From the NCBI GenBank assembly GCA_958009085.1, contig OY253682.1, forward strand, positions 124,001-188,000: DNA of 64,000 nucleotides, written 5' to 3'. The notes under the pieces are model-generated. The model was not told the DNA's origin. It searched no databases and saw nothing but the letters and a program-made list of their open reading frames with translations. This document shows positions 12,820 through 25,469 of this stretch, in pieces. The DNA is from Protoeuglena noctilucae. Taxonomy: Eukaryota. The translations under genes and the position numbers were made by a program. Position 1 is the stretch's first letter. Every line of letters starts with the position of its first letter.

Positions 12820-14445
12820 ATGGCTGCACGCGGGCTGTCCTCTTGCGCAACTGGGCGGGCGCCGTACATGTCCAAGCATCCGGTGCCGTGTAATTCGCAG
12901 GCATGCTCGGGCTTGGCCGTCACATCACCCCGCGTGGGTCCGGTCGCTCGCGCAGGGTGGGACGATCTGCCTGGGGAGCTGCATCGCGAGATCTTGCGGC
13001 TGGTGCCGCTGCGCGACGCGACGGCGGCGCGGGGGGTGTCGCGGAAGATGCGCGACGAGGTGGACGAGGTGTGGAGGGCGTGGGGCATCCGGGCCACGGC
13101 GGAAGACTGGCGGTGGGGCATACGCCGTCTTTTGGTCTATAGGGCGGGATAAGACTCAGTTGACCATGCCCCGCTGTTGGTATACGCGCATGACGGGTCC
13201 CACGCCCACCACTTGGCCAGCCTGTGGCTGTGGTGGCTGCCGGTGTTGGTGGCGGAAGGGCCAGACATCAATGGCATGTCGTGGACCGTGCATTGCCATC
13301 CGGAGATTGACCATTCACCGCTGATGGTGGCGGTGCGGGCGCGGCAGCCAGTGGGGCGCGGGGCAGACGGCAAGGTGGAGTGGGCGTACGCGCTGGGGGA
13401 CGAGGAGGTGGCGCGCATGGTGCGGGTGGCGGCAGGGAGGGGGGCGGACGTCAACCAGCGGCTTCGCCGCGCATTGCCACTGATGACCTACTGCGCTGTC
13501 CGGGGCTGCGTTTAGGCGGTGAAGGCGTGCCTGGCAGCAGGAGCGGATGTGGATGGACAAACTTGGTTCCACGAGATGGCGGGATGGACGGCGCTGGTGC
13601 ATGCCGGGCGTGGGGGTCACGAGGCGGTGGTGGAGACGCTGCTGGAGGCGGGGGCGACGGTCAAGGTCGGGCGCGACGACCGGGATCACACGTTGGCGGG
13701 GGTGTGCGATGGTCATCCGACGCCGGGCATCGTGAGACGGCTTGCGGAGCTGGGTGCAAGCGTGAGCGCAGTCGACCCGAGTGGGGTCCCGCCCCTCCAC
13801 TGCGCGGCGCGCCACGGCGAAGCGGCGGTGATGGAGGCCCTGGTGGATCTGGGGGCCAACGTGGCCAGCGTCGACGGCCAAGGAAGGAACGCGATGTATT
13901 ACGCGGCATCCGGGGAGGCCGTGCGGTTTCTGGCGGCACGAGGGTTGAGCATCCAGGGCGACGGTGTCCGCGACTCCCCGCTCCTGTGTGCGTGCTGTGA
14001 TGGCCACGTCGACGCCGTCCGCGCATTTGCGGAGCTGGGCGCGGACCTCAGCTATCAGGGAAAGAAAGGTAACACGGCGCTCCACTGCGCGGTGCAGTTC
14101 GCCCAAGAGGACGTGGCTGTGGCGATGGCGCGGGTGCTGCTGGCGGCGGGGGCGGACGTCAAGGCCGTGAATGACAAGGGCCAGTCGCCCCCGCACACGG
14201 TCGTTCACGCCGCGTGCGTGGACGTGCTGCTGGAGGGCGGGGCGGACCTGGAGGCGCGGGACTGGAAGGACAGGACGCCCATCTGCGTTGCGGAGCCCAA
14301 CTTGCCTTCCAATGCAAAGGTGGTGGTGCGGATGGCCGAACGCGGCGCGGACCTAGACAGCACGGGCGGGCAGCCGGGGCTGGTGAAGCTCCGCATGACG
14401 AAGCTGCGCCTGATCCCAGCACAGCCCCAGAGCCAGCCGGGCTGA
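12820..14445 (+). pseudogene. Intronless F-box plus ankyrin-repeat gene interrupted by two in-frame stops
   Basis: ORFs 12820-13152, 13177-13515 and 13519-14445 share one frame, separated by TAA and TAG; F-box-like WDDLPGELHREILRLVP; ankyrin repeats (GWTALVHA, PPLHCAARHG, GNTALHCAV). Confidence 0.75.
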
Positions 14446-15784
14446 CAGAGGGTGCCAGGTGGGGGCGTGGGGGAGGCACATCGCGCGTCACATTGTGCAT
14501 AGTACTATGCTGTGTGTGTGTGCCAGAAGTGGGCGCGGGAGGTGACAGGGTCGGGGCATCGGCTGCGGCTGTCGAAATACCATCAACTGAGCGACGTGTG
14601 CACACTCGCGCACACCTCGCCCTCGTCACTCGCTTGCCCTCGTCCTGCCCTGGCCACCCCGCCCCTGTCCTGCGCCCGCAGCCAGGGCAGCTGTCAGCGC
14701 TGGGCCTCGAGCGCTGCGGCCTCCAACCCCACGCCGAGGTGCAAGTCTCTCAGGTCCGCCGGGCCAAGCATGACAAGCTGATCGAGGAAAAGGTGGCAGG
14801 GCTCGTTTGACGGAGAGGCGGGGCGGCGGCAAGGCAAGCCAGGGGCCCTGGTGTCCTCGGGAGGGTCACGGGAACGACGGGGGCGATGGGGGTCACTGTG
14901 GATGGCGGGAGTGTTTTCAGAGTGTTTTGTTGGCACGTGCAGGGTGCGGTGCGTGCTTGTGGGCAAGGGCGTGAGACGTGTGCACGCCATGGCGTGGGAA
15001 GGATTGAAGAAGGACAAGAGAGGGTCATCGCTGGGATGCCAGCGCTGTGCCAGCCATGCCAGCCACTGCATGCCCTGTGCCCCAGGGTGCCCCACCTCGC
15101 CGCCCCTGACGTGGTTTGATCAACCGCGATCCATCCCTGCCTTGCGGCGTCTCATCCATTGGCCTGGGATGGCCCCGTCAACATACGGCAGGGGCATACC
15201 TCCTCGTCTTGCCCACTGCCACAGCCGCCCCGCACGCTGCACTCACGCAGGGCCAGGGACAAGACTGGGCTGGGCTGCGTGAGGCACGTTGCCTTGCCGT
15301 TTGACTGTGGCCGATACCAACTGCAAGCTGCAGCGCCACAGATCCCCGCCTCTGTGGCATGGCGAGACGTCACGCCGCCCGCAGCCCCAGCGCAGCCACC
15401 CGACGAGGCGGGCGGGCGGTGAGCTAAGCAGAGACGGGCCTAGGAGTCGTCACGGCTGGGGCACCGCATGTGGGGTCAGCCAGGCCCCTCGACGGGTGGG
15501 TTGGCAGGCGCCGGCGGGGCTGCCCTCACGCTGGCCTCACGTCAAGCCCTTTTCAAACAAGCTGCGTTGCGAGTGCGCCCACTCGATCAAAGAGTAGTCA
15601 ATCAAACAAGAGACATGGCGCATATGCCCCATGCATCCTGGCCCGCCATGGGTCCAGAAGGCTGTAGGCTTTAAGCTGCACTGCTCCAACGACGATGCGC
15701 AAGTCACTGGCCTGGCACCTTTGACCGTCCGGTCCGGTTCCCCCAGTCACCCACCGCACTCCAAGTGCCTCGCGACCAAGCCCC

Positions 15785-17858
15785 TCACCCGCTCCAAGAC
15801 ACCGACTCCCTACCAGCCCCCTCCGCCACCCCCGCTGTCCCATCTGCCACCCCCCCCGCCTCGACCTGCCCGCTAGCCCCCACATCTGCCACCCTCTCCG
15901 CCCCCGCTGCCCCACTTCCCCGGTAAACCGACACCTCCAGTCCGTCGGGCACGTCTTCTCGGAAATCAAACACGCTCTCCAGGAACTGGCTCTCGTAGCA
16001 CGATGACGACCTCACGTACTGGAGGTACGCCTGCATGCCGCCCTGGGCAAACACCCCCGCGTTGTCTGCCACCACGATAGCCCCCGGCGCCAGGTGCGGC
16101 TCGGCGGCTTTGAGGTACTCGAGAGTCTGCGGGAAGCGGGAAAGGGAATGAAAGGGGCGGTGGTGGGTGAAATTGGTGGGTGGCGAGGGAGGGGCAGAGC
16201 AGGGAGGTGGTGGGTCGTTGAGGGAGGGCAGAAGGAGGGAGGGAGCGCAGATAGTGCGGGGGCAGTGGTGGGTGGCGAGGGAGGGGAGAGGGAGGGCGCA
16301 GCTGGGGCGGTGGTGGTGACAGGGAGGGAACAGCGATGTCTCTCACCTCTTTCGGGGTGCCGTCCAGGAATAGGAAGTCAATCCTGGGCCCCTGCCACCC
16401 CCTGAGCGCATCCTGTGCCCGTCCGAGCCGCACGTCCACCCGCTCTCCCAACGGCACCAGTCGCGCTCCTTTGGCGTTTGCCGCCCCCTGGCTGGCCTGC
16501 CACAGGTACCGCTTGGCCACGAGCCACCATTGCAGGCTGCTCTCGAACGTCACCAGCCGCCGCAGACCCTGGCGCTGGCCCCTGCGGACTCAGTTAGGGT
16601 ACCCCCGCGTGTTGGAAACTGCGTGCCTGCCAGCGAGGACCTAGGACCTAGCACGACTCGACGGCTCGACAGCCATGCCTTGGATCGAGGACCTAGCAAG
16701 GCTTCACAGCTCAATGGTTCCCATGTCATGTTCCCATTTCATGGGAACCCTCTCTCCCATGTCCCGTCTTGCCTGGCATCGTCCTCCCTATCCAGTTCCT
16801 CCAACACTCGCGCAAAGAGGATAGCACTGTACCCGCACATGGTGCCGACCTCCACGGGGCACCGGGCCCGGCTGTCGCGCAAGAGCCGCTGCACAAGCAC
16901 ACCCTTCTGCAGGGAGCGGGAGGGAGTGCAACATGTCACGGGGACGCGAACGGGTCAGGCAGGGGTGCAGGGAGGGCTTGAGCTTAAACATCCCATCTCT
17001 GACATCGTTTGCCTCGTTAACATCATCAGCTTCAATGCCCAGTGACCCATGGCACCAAGGGGACATGCCTGGGGCCCGACGTAGGGCATGCCGTCCCTGC
17101 GCCCGAATCGGTCCAGCCGCCGCAATATCCAGTCATCGTCGACCTCCTTCAATCGAGACATGCGGTCGCCGTCCTGTAGAGAGGGCGGGGTTTCCAGACA
17201 CCATGACGACAACAAAGCGCTGCGATGGCGAGGGACCTGACATCGAGAGCTGTGGGCTGTTGGTTGTGGCTTTGCCCCTGTCCTGCCACTCGCCTCGTTC
17301 ACAAACACCTCCCGGTCCCCAAACTCAATCTGCGCCCGCACCACCCTCCGCCGCTGCTCTTTGCGCCGCACCGCCCCGCGCAGGTCGGCTGTGAGGAGCC
17401 CCGCGAACGCCACCGCCCCCGCCAGGTTAATCGCGGCGTTCTGCAGACCTGCGGGGGGTCTTGGCAACGAAGATATCTCAGGCAGGGGCGTCAGCAGTGC
17501 ACGCACCACACGAAACCACACGCACTGCTCGCTGCTCGCATCGCGTGTGGCAGAGCAGCCATGCCTGGCCGCGGTGCACGCACGCACCGCCATCGCCGAG
17601 GAGGGTGAGCCCGGTGCCGACGAGGCAGGAGGCGGCTGAGCCACCCAGCAACACCACGCGGATGGGACGCGGCAAGAAGTAGTCGACGAAGGTCCGCGAG
17701 TCCTTCAGCTCATCCTCCAACGCCTCCCTCTCGCTCCGGTCGGGATTTCCCGCACGCGGCACTCGGCCACGCGCCCGCGCGGGCAGCGCTCGCGCTCGGC
17801 CAACGGGAGGCACCGGCAACGCACGTGGCCCCGTGCAGCGCAAAACACGCGCTCCCAT
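15785..17858 (-). CDS. Catechol-O-methyltransferase-like SAM methyltransferase with N-terminal transit-peptide-like and two-TM region
   Basis: MPYVGPQ|KG, VEVGTMCGYSAI, IDFLFLDG, LAPGAIVVADN, YLQYVR, DGLEVSVY; upstream hydrophobic segments VVLLGGSAASCLVGTGL and NAAINLAGAVAFAGLL. Confidence 0.85.
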
Positions 17859-18888
17859 GCCGTGCTGTCGGGCCCAGCGTCACGGTATGCGCGAATCTGA
17901 GCCAGCGGGTCCCCGGGGCTCGATGGATTTATGAAAACGCAGTAACCTCGGGATGCCCTCTGTAGGAGGCATCCGTTTGAGTCGTGAAGCCCCCTCCGTT
18001 GCATCTCCGCCCATCCATCAGCAACCGAGAGTTAGCGTAGAGCGATCGTAGCATCTGTATGCTTTCCACGACCCGCGCAAGCTTCGATCTCCCGACAAAG
18101 CCGCTTTTCGGCCAGGTGAGGGGATTACACGGGCCAGGGGGCTTGCCGACACGATGAGATCGACGTCTTGTGACCATGCTGCGGGAATCAGGCCTCGGGG
18201 GCCGCCCCGCCAGGGGTGCTTTCAAAACCGGCGCCGCGGCGCGTTCGCGTGCCGGGGAGTCGTTGCTGCGGGTCGCTTTTGACGACACCGACGCCGAATC
18301 CGCGCTTGGTGTTGGGCGCGCGTGGGCCGGGCCGTTGCAAATATCTTTTTGGAAAACTATCTCGGCGAGGCCCCCGAGGCCCCCCGGCGCCCCGGTCCGA
18401 GGCCTTGACTGCAATACTTGTTTTCGTTTTCGCGGTGTCGGGTGGGCTGGCCCCGGTGGCGCCCGCTTTCCGAGGCTGGCGGCTTCACCGCGTCAGAACG
18501 GGCGCTCCGAGCCTTGTTGACGCCGCTCGCCTCGTCGGGGTCCCTCGAAACGCACCCTCCGTTCGCGCATGCGCCGCGCGCGCCCCTCCTGGTTGGTCTG
18601 CGGGTCCGTCGACGCTGGTCTCGCTCCGCCCCTTTTCTCGAACGAATCGTGACGCGCGCGCGCCCCCGCCATCGCGTATTGGACATAATGCATGTTTCCC
18701 ACGCATCCTGGCCCGCGATGGGGCCCGATGGCTCTGCAGGCGCGTCGGTAAGTGTACCGGGACCTCGGAGCCGGCTCTCTGCGTCGCCGGACGCGCGCGC
18801 GTCATCGCTCGCCATTGGTGCTTTTGTTTTCGCTCGCCGCGCCGCGAGATGGGCCCCCGCCCGCTTCCCCGTCGCTCCAGTCCCACCG

Positions 18889-20144
18889 ATGCCTCCCCGC
18901 CTGCAGGCCCGCGCCCTCAAGACGGCCCGCCGGGAGGGCCTCGCCATCGTCGTCCCCTTCCCTGCGGGGAGCTCCCTCCGCGACGAAGGCCCCGACATGC
19001 GGCCGAATTGCTCCATGCTCTTCGACCTCGAGATGATAAAGAGGGCGCCAACGAGGACGCGCTCGACTCGTGGGGCGGCAACACGGACAGGCGAGGCCCG
19101 CACACTGGGGCTCCCTCGCGCCGGGCGTGCCCACCGCGCGGTCCCTCCCAGCGACCTCCTCCGACGTGTGTATTCCGCAGCACCGCCGACGGTCTCTTCG
19201 GCGCGGCCCAGGACCCGGACGTGCGCGCAGCCCTCGTCCAGCGTGGCCCGCTCGAGCTCTATGTGGAGCGTCAGTGCGGCAGCGCCCGCTCGGACCTGGC
19301 CGCCCTCGCCTCGCGCATCTCTGCCGCTGGGCTCGCCGTCTCCGTCCGCCGGGGCTCGCCGCCCGCTGCGCCGTGCGACTTCCTGCGCCACCTGCGCCAC
19401 ACCAGCCTCCGCGTCCGCGCGAGCCCTCGCGTCGCCCAGGCCCTCGGCTGCGGCTGCCTCGGCGCCCCGGACGTCATCGTCGACCCCGCGTTCCGCGAGC
19501 AGTTCCTCCTGCCCCTGGCGGACGCCGCCTACGACGCCGTTCTGGTGAGCAAGACGCATGCCGCGCGCGCCCCACTGCTGCCGCGCCACCCACCTCGCGC
19601 TACCCGCACGCGCCGAGTCCAAGTCCGATTCCCGGCATCTTCGCTCCCCGCGCGCAGGATGCCGTGCCCGAGGTGTTCGTGGGCACCACCGCGACCCTCA
19701 CTGCGGTCGTGGCCGCGCTGTGCAAGAAGGTGGCGAGCGTGTTTGCAGCGCACGGCGTGCCGCTCCCGCCCTGGCGCCACGAGGATGCCGTGCTGTCCAA
19801 GTGGATGCCCCGCGCGGGCGAGGAGCGGAGCTGGTTTGAGGACGATTTTGTCGAGGTGAGAAGGAACATTGTATGTATTCGACAAGCCATAGCTGGGGCT
19901 GTCTATCTGTTGCCATACTACCAGCACGACTCCGTCACAGCAGTTTGGAGGCCATAAAGCATCGTGCCGCCTAGGCCATCCCTGCTACTGCTCCACTCGT
20001 CACGCCCCCACCCACCCCTGCCGCTGCCCTCGTCACGTCCCCCACCGACCCTGCCCAGCCTCTCCATGCCCACAGGGGAAGGAGAAGGAGGTCGCCACCC
20101 GCGAACACTCCTCCGCCGAGCGCGACGCCTTCCGAGACCGCTAG
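18889..20144 (+). CDS. DUF506 (plant PD-(D/E)XK-like) family protein; start uncertain
   Basis: IVDPAFREQF, VPEVFVGT, GVPLPPWR...LSKW motifs; spliced frame ends at TAG 20142-20144. Confidence 0.85.
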
Positions 20145-21182
20145 GGCTCCCGCGCCTCAGACAACTACACCCTCGTGCCTCCAATGCGCGCTTGACCCGG
20201 CGTGCCTGGCCAAGCAGACACGCGGCGTCGATGTGGCGGGCCATCCCCTACCCCCAAAAGCCCGAGGGGTCTGCCACCCCCTCCGACCTGCTCCTTAGAC
20301 CGAGGGGTGTGCTGCCCGTGAGCGGCGTGCCCCCGTGTCGTGGCCTGACTGACTGCAGGCCACACCCGAGGCGCCCGGCCTCCCCAGACCCCCGTTCCCA
20401 CCCAGGGTTCCCTACGCAAGGGTTCCCCCATCCAACCGCCCTCGCGGCGCCTGCTACGCTGCGACAGGCTCTTGTGAGCCTACTTGAGCCATTCATTTCA
20501 TGCTGTGTTCCCTTGGGTCGCTGCCGCCCGTGCCTGATGCCTGGTGCCGGCGGTGCGCCTTTTGTGTCATGGCTGGTAGGGATTTCTGCAAGTCTGTATG
20601 TGCATGTGCCCTGGTCGCACGCTGGCTTGCCTCCCCTCGTTTCCTTTCCGCTCCTTCCCCCTGAGAGAGGTTGCTTGCATCCCTACATGTGCCGCTCCCG
20701 CTGCCTCACCGCAGCGCGGCGTGGGTGAGAAGCGCCTGTGTTCCGTGCATTCTTGGTCGAGACAGGACACTTGCATTAGCGGTTGCCGCGTCCTCCTCGC
20801 TTCTCGCATTTCGCTAGCTGACGCTCGCCCTCGGCGCGGCGTGCGCACGGCGGTGCCACCGCCGCGCGCCCCGCCCATGACCCTAGGCCGGGTTCGCCCC
20901 ACTGGGGTGCCTCGCTGCTACCCTACCGCGGTGCCGCGCCCCTTGCTGGGTCACCCGGATGCTTACCCCTTGCCTCGACTCAGACTGCCGCCCCAGAGCG
21001 GCGGTCGCTAGTGAGGCCGCCTGGAGACACTGCCCCGTGCAGCGCTCCTGCACATGCGTTGCCGGAGAGCGGGCCTGACCGATCCGCCTCACTCCCTGAG
21101 AGTTTGAGTTTGCTCTTTGCCTCGGCTCCGGCCACGTCCCCAGAGCCCACGCTCGCTGCTTAGCGCCCTGTTGTGCCCTGAG

Positions 21183-24100
21183 CTAGCAGTAATAGCATCC
21201 GTGCACCACGCCACTCCCTGCGACGCTGCCCCGGCCAACAGTGGGCCGAGGCGGGCGGTTGCTGCCGCTGCTGGGGTCCCATACCCCAATCAGCGCTCTG
21301 ACGTTTCGGGTCGGTACCCGCGGCCTGCGCCGCGATGCTCCAACATAGCTAGGCGCCTCTGAGCCCCTTAGACGTTGCTTGGGCGAGCTGCGACCGACGC
21401 AGACCCGCGCCTTGCCCTCTGCCGCTGCCTGGGACGCTGTGACGGGCGTCCGCACGAGCGGCGGGGGCGAGGCGTGCTCTGCGTCGCGCACCGCTGCGAC
21501 ACGAGATTTGAACGTCCTGCTGTCTCGCTGGCTGCGCTACCTCAAATCGGCACTGCGCCACTGCTGCTGCTAGCACTGCTGGCGGAACAAACACCACCAG
21601 GGGTGACACAAACACATCGCACATCGCAACATAGGTTGCGGGTTGCAAATTGCGGATCGTTGGCTACCCTGCTAGCTTCCCTACCCCCCCGTGGCTCCCG
21701 ATGACAGCGGCTGCGCTGCGCTGAGTTGCCCGGCGGCCTCCATAGCGGCGTCACGAGCGTCCGAGGCACCGCGCTGCGTGGGCCGGGCATACCGGGGTGG
21801 GGTTGGCGAGGGGGGCATGCGCAAGACGGGGCCATGCAGTAGGGTGGCACAAGGGATGCCAATGGCACAGGGAGGATGGAGGTGAGTGTAAGTACAGGAG
21901 AGAGCAACGCATCGCGTGGTCATCGCCTCACCAGACCTCTGGGCAGCTGCACCAGAGCCTCCCTCCTCCCCACGCCACGGCCGGCCCACACCGTCCCCGC
22001 TACCCACGGCGCGACCCCCGCGGACCCGCTCGCCCTCGCCAGCGCCGCCACGTCAGCGTTAGGGGCGTCGGGACCGACGCGGGCGCGCACATCGCTCGCC
22101 CACGCTCGCACTGCGGGGGAAGCATGGCCGTCGTGTGCCATCCCACACAGCAACGTCTTCAAAAGGTTGTCAGGCAAACCGCAACGCACGCGGCCCGGAC
22201 CTGAGCACGCCATGGCGTGTGCTGCGGTGTCCGATGCCGCGTCGCTGGCACCGACACTGGCACTGGCACGCCCGGCTGACCGGCACGTGGCTGCGTCCCC
22301 ATGCACCACCATCGCCCTGTCTGCCGTCTCCGGCGCCAGTCCACCCCCGCCTCCCCCACGCATTGCAGCTGCGGTGTCGTCGAGTTGCCCTGGCGACAGG
22401 GCCCGTGCCAGGGCGACCAGAGTCCTCGCATCGACGGACACGTGGCCGTGCATGAGGAACACGAGAATCACGGGATGCGCCTGGAAGCACGCCATGGTGA
22501 CGGGGACCCCAGGTACCTGGGTGGGGTGGCGACACGAGAGATGGGGTGGAAGTCACCATGAGACGTGGGTGTTGGAGTCAGCAGTAGTAGTGTGACACTG
22601 CCTACAAGTGTGCGTCTCAGTACAACTCTGACTCTGACTCTGACTGTGCCTAGCACTGTGCCTAACATCGACCCCAGCATGGCAGCCGCCGCGTCTTACC
22701 GCGCTCGTTGACGACTCTGCCACACCGCTGCTACCAGGGTCCGCCGCCCCAGGTCCCCCAATCCCCAGCCACAGGTGAGGAAGCAGGACATCCGCATGGC
22801 TTTTATCCGAACCCCCCGGCTGCGAAGGCGGGGCGGCAGGAGATTGGTCACGGGACGATGGCAGATGTGGGAATAGGGCAAGCACAGCGGCTGAGAGCAT
22901 TGGGACTCACCGCGCCGTTCCCACCGCCGTCCCCCTCCGGTCCCTGCCGACCCCACCCCGCGGCCTCGCCCGTAACATCCACCGTGGCGCATGTCCCCGA
23001 CAGCACTGCCGCCTGCACTGCGCCGCGCCCCGCATCGCATCGCACCCACGCCTCCGGGCGCACTGCGTCGTCGGGGCGCGCAAGCGTCCGCGTCGCGGGG
23101 CGGGGCTTCGGAACGCCCGCGGGAGTCGAAGGGCCGGGCTGGAGGGGGGCTGGGGATGGCGCGGACGGGGCGACGTTGGGCGACGGGGACGGGCCGGTGG
23201 CTCGGCGGGGCGTGGGCGGCTGGAGGAGGCGCTGGAAGGCGCCCGCGAGGGTATTGGGCGCGGCGGAGGAAGCTGAGGCGCGCGGGGCGCCGGCTGGGGA
23301 GGCTGGCGGGAGGAGACGTGCGTGGTGGAGGAGCGCGTGCATCGCGGATGTGTCCTGGGGTGCGAGGGTGGTGGCAGCCACGCCGTCTGAGAGCGGAGCG
23401 GGAATGGCTTTATCTCAGTCACCTCATGAGAGGTGGCGAGAGGAGGGCAGGGTGCGTGTCAGTCACAACTGGGTTGTCGCATCACATGGCATCGTGCAAC
23501 GCGCACCGGGAGCGAAGGCGGCCGCGGCTGCGACGCTGACGACGTCGTTCTCCACCGCGCACGCGACGAGGGATTGCGCCGCGAGGGCCGCGCGGTCGGT
23601 CAGCCGGGCTGCGGGGGCCGCGGCGCGTGCCACGAAGGCAGATCGGACCGAGGCGCCCGCCGGGGACCGCGGAGGCGCCGCCAGGTCCCCCGCCAGGACG
23701 CGCAGCACTCTTTGGGCCGCCTGGCACAGTGCGGCTCGGCCCGCGTCGTCCGCATCGGTGAGGAACTCCGGCAATGGGCCCAGAAGCATCAGCAGCACCC
23801 GCGACAGCTGGGTCGACCAGTCGGAGAGCACGGGCAACACGGCCTCCCGTGGCACGTGCGTCCCGGGCCAGTCCTCGCGCGACAGCTGCGGGCGCGGCGG
23901 GCCGGGGCGGTGCGCAGCGCGGACGCGGAACGGAGCGACGTCACTGTGCAGCTCGGTGCGGGACTCACCACGGCGACCCAGACGGAAGCTCGGACGTTCC
24001 TCACGCACCAATATCGCTTGCTCGTCACGGCCGCTCGCTCCCTCCCGCCCGGGTCGAACGTCCCCATGAACGCGGACGCTGCGGGCACGACGCACGCGTG

Positions 24101-24340
24101 CTCGGCGCCCCCACCCCGCGACTGCGGGCGTCATGGCACCCAGCAGCTGCGGCTTACCTGCACGTGCAAAACCCAGCGACTGGAGCACAGCGCCATCGGC
24201 CAGATCCGCGGGAAACACCCCAACAAGCGCCTCGGCCTCCCGCCCCTCCTCTTGGCCGCGGGCATCGTCCCAGATAATCACGTGCAGCGACTGCGGGAAG
24301 TTATGCGAGCACTCGTCATCGCCCTTGCCGACAAAGGGGA
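21183..24340 (-). CDS. Hypothetical multi-exon protein (Ala/Leu-rich, possibly helical); ends uncertain
   Basis: Coding-like ORFs 23463-24281, 22848-23381, 21920-22495 and 21183-21491 with plausible splice signals; no family motif recognised. Confidence 0.45.
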
Positions 24341-24777
24341 GCTACTGGGGGGCACTGCGGCCTGCGCTCAGGATGGACCACCGCTCTGCGCGCGTTCGAC
24401 CGCCAATGGGCCGCATAATCGAGCCCGTACTTTCGATGCTGCCAGGCACAGCCCGATGATGGGCAAGAGAGCCTGAAATCGGAGCTGTCGACTGCAAAAC
24501 TGCAAACCTGGGCGTCACGCCGGTTCCCGTGCTCCCGATTGGGGGTATCGCCGGGCGGGGACGGCACGCCAGCCCTCCTCAGGTGTTCAAGTGATCGTCT
24601 AACAGCCAATCTCACCATTTATGCCCTCCTCCCATGGAACCCGACATGCGCGAGAAGGTTGCGACGGCGCGCGGGCTGTCCGTGAAACATACGCATCTGG
24701 AGCCCCATCGCGCACCCCATCGTCGACGAGCCAGCTGGTCTGACCGGGGATGAGAACCTAGGTTCTCTGTGAGACAC

Positions 24778-24930
24778 CATCGGGAAAACCCGGCGATTTG
24801 ACGTCACTCGGATCAGAAGGATCGCGGGAATCACTGGATTCATCCCAGTGATCCCCGGGAATCGCCGGGATCATCCCCGTGATCCCGGCGATCCCCGCCA
24901 CTGCCGCAGTGATCCCAGCGATCCCGGGCC
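24778..24930. repeat. Left terminal/subterminal GATC-rich repeat array
   Basis: Multiple gggatcatccc/gtgatccc/cgatccc units. Confidence 0.8.
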
Positions 24931-25469
24931 GCGGCCCTGACGCGCGTGCGCGCCCCCGCGTTTGCTCAGGGGGCTCGAGAGGAGGCGGAGAGACCGCACA
25001 TTTGCTAGTTGGTGCTAATGACTGCCTCGGAGGCCCCTCTCGCGTCCTAAAGCTTGCTCCAGCATGCAGACGGGGGCCGTCGACGCATCCGGGGTCCGCT
25101 TCCCCTGCGCCGCCGCTGTTCAACGTGAGATGTCCATATCTATGCGATGAGCGGGAGCTCGCGGGCTCGCCGGGCCCCCGGGGGCGCCGGGGAGGTCCCC
25201 GTGCTCGACCAGGCCTACCGCCGCCGCGGCCGCGATCGGGCACGCAGCGCTTGGCCTATGGATTGAGGTGACCTAAATCTCGCTAGCTGCGGCGCCTTTG
25301 CCGGCTACGCCGCACGGAGGTGGCTGCTGCGTGGGAGGTGAGCCGTCCCCGCCGTCATGGCGCTGCGGATGGGGGCGCGGGGCTGGCTTCGGAGAATTAT
25401 CTCGATACAGATGACATCGCCGGCGTCGGGGACCTGGCACCGCGAGCATCGGGGAGCTCCTGGGGTCAC

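Noticed and set aside
14600..14830. Coding-like fragment (…QVRRAKHDKLIEEKVAGLV*)
   Set aside because: No start, partner exons or recognisable family found
24790..24930. CRISPR-like array
   Set aside because: Short irregular units without unique spacers, mirrored at the other end of the transposon; eukaryotic context and no cas genes
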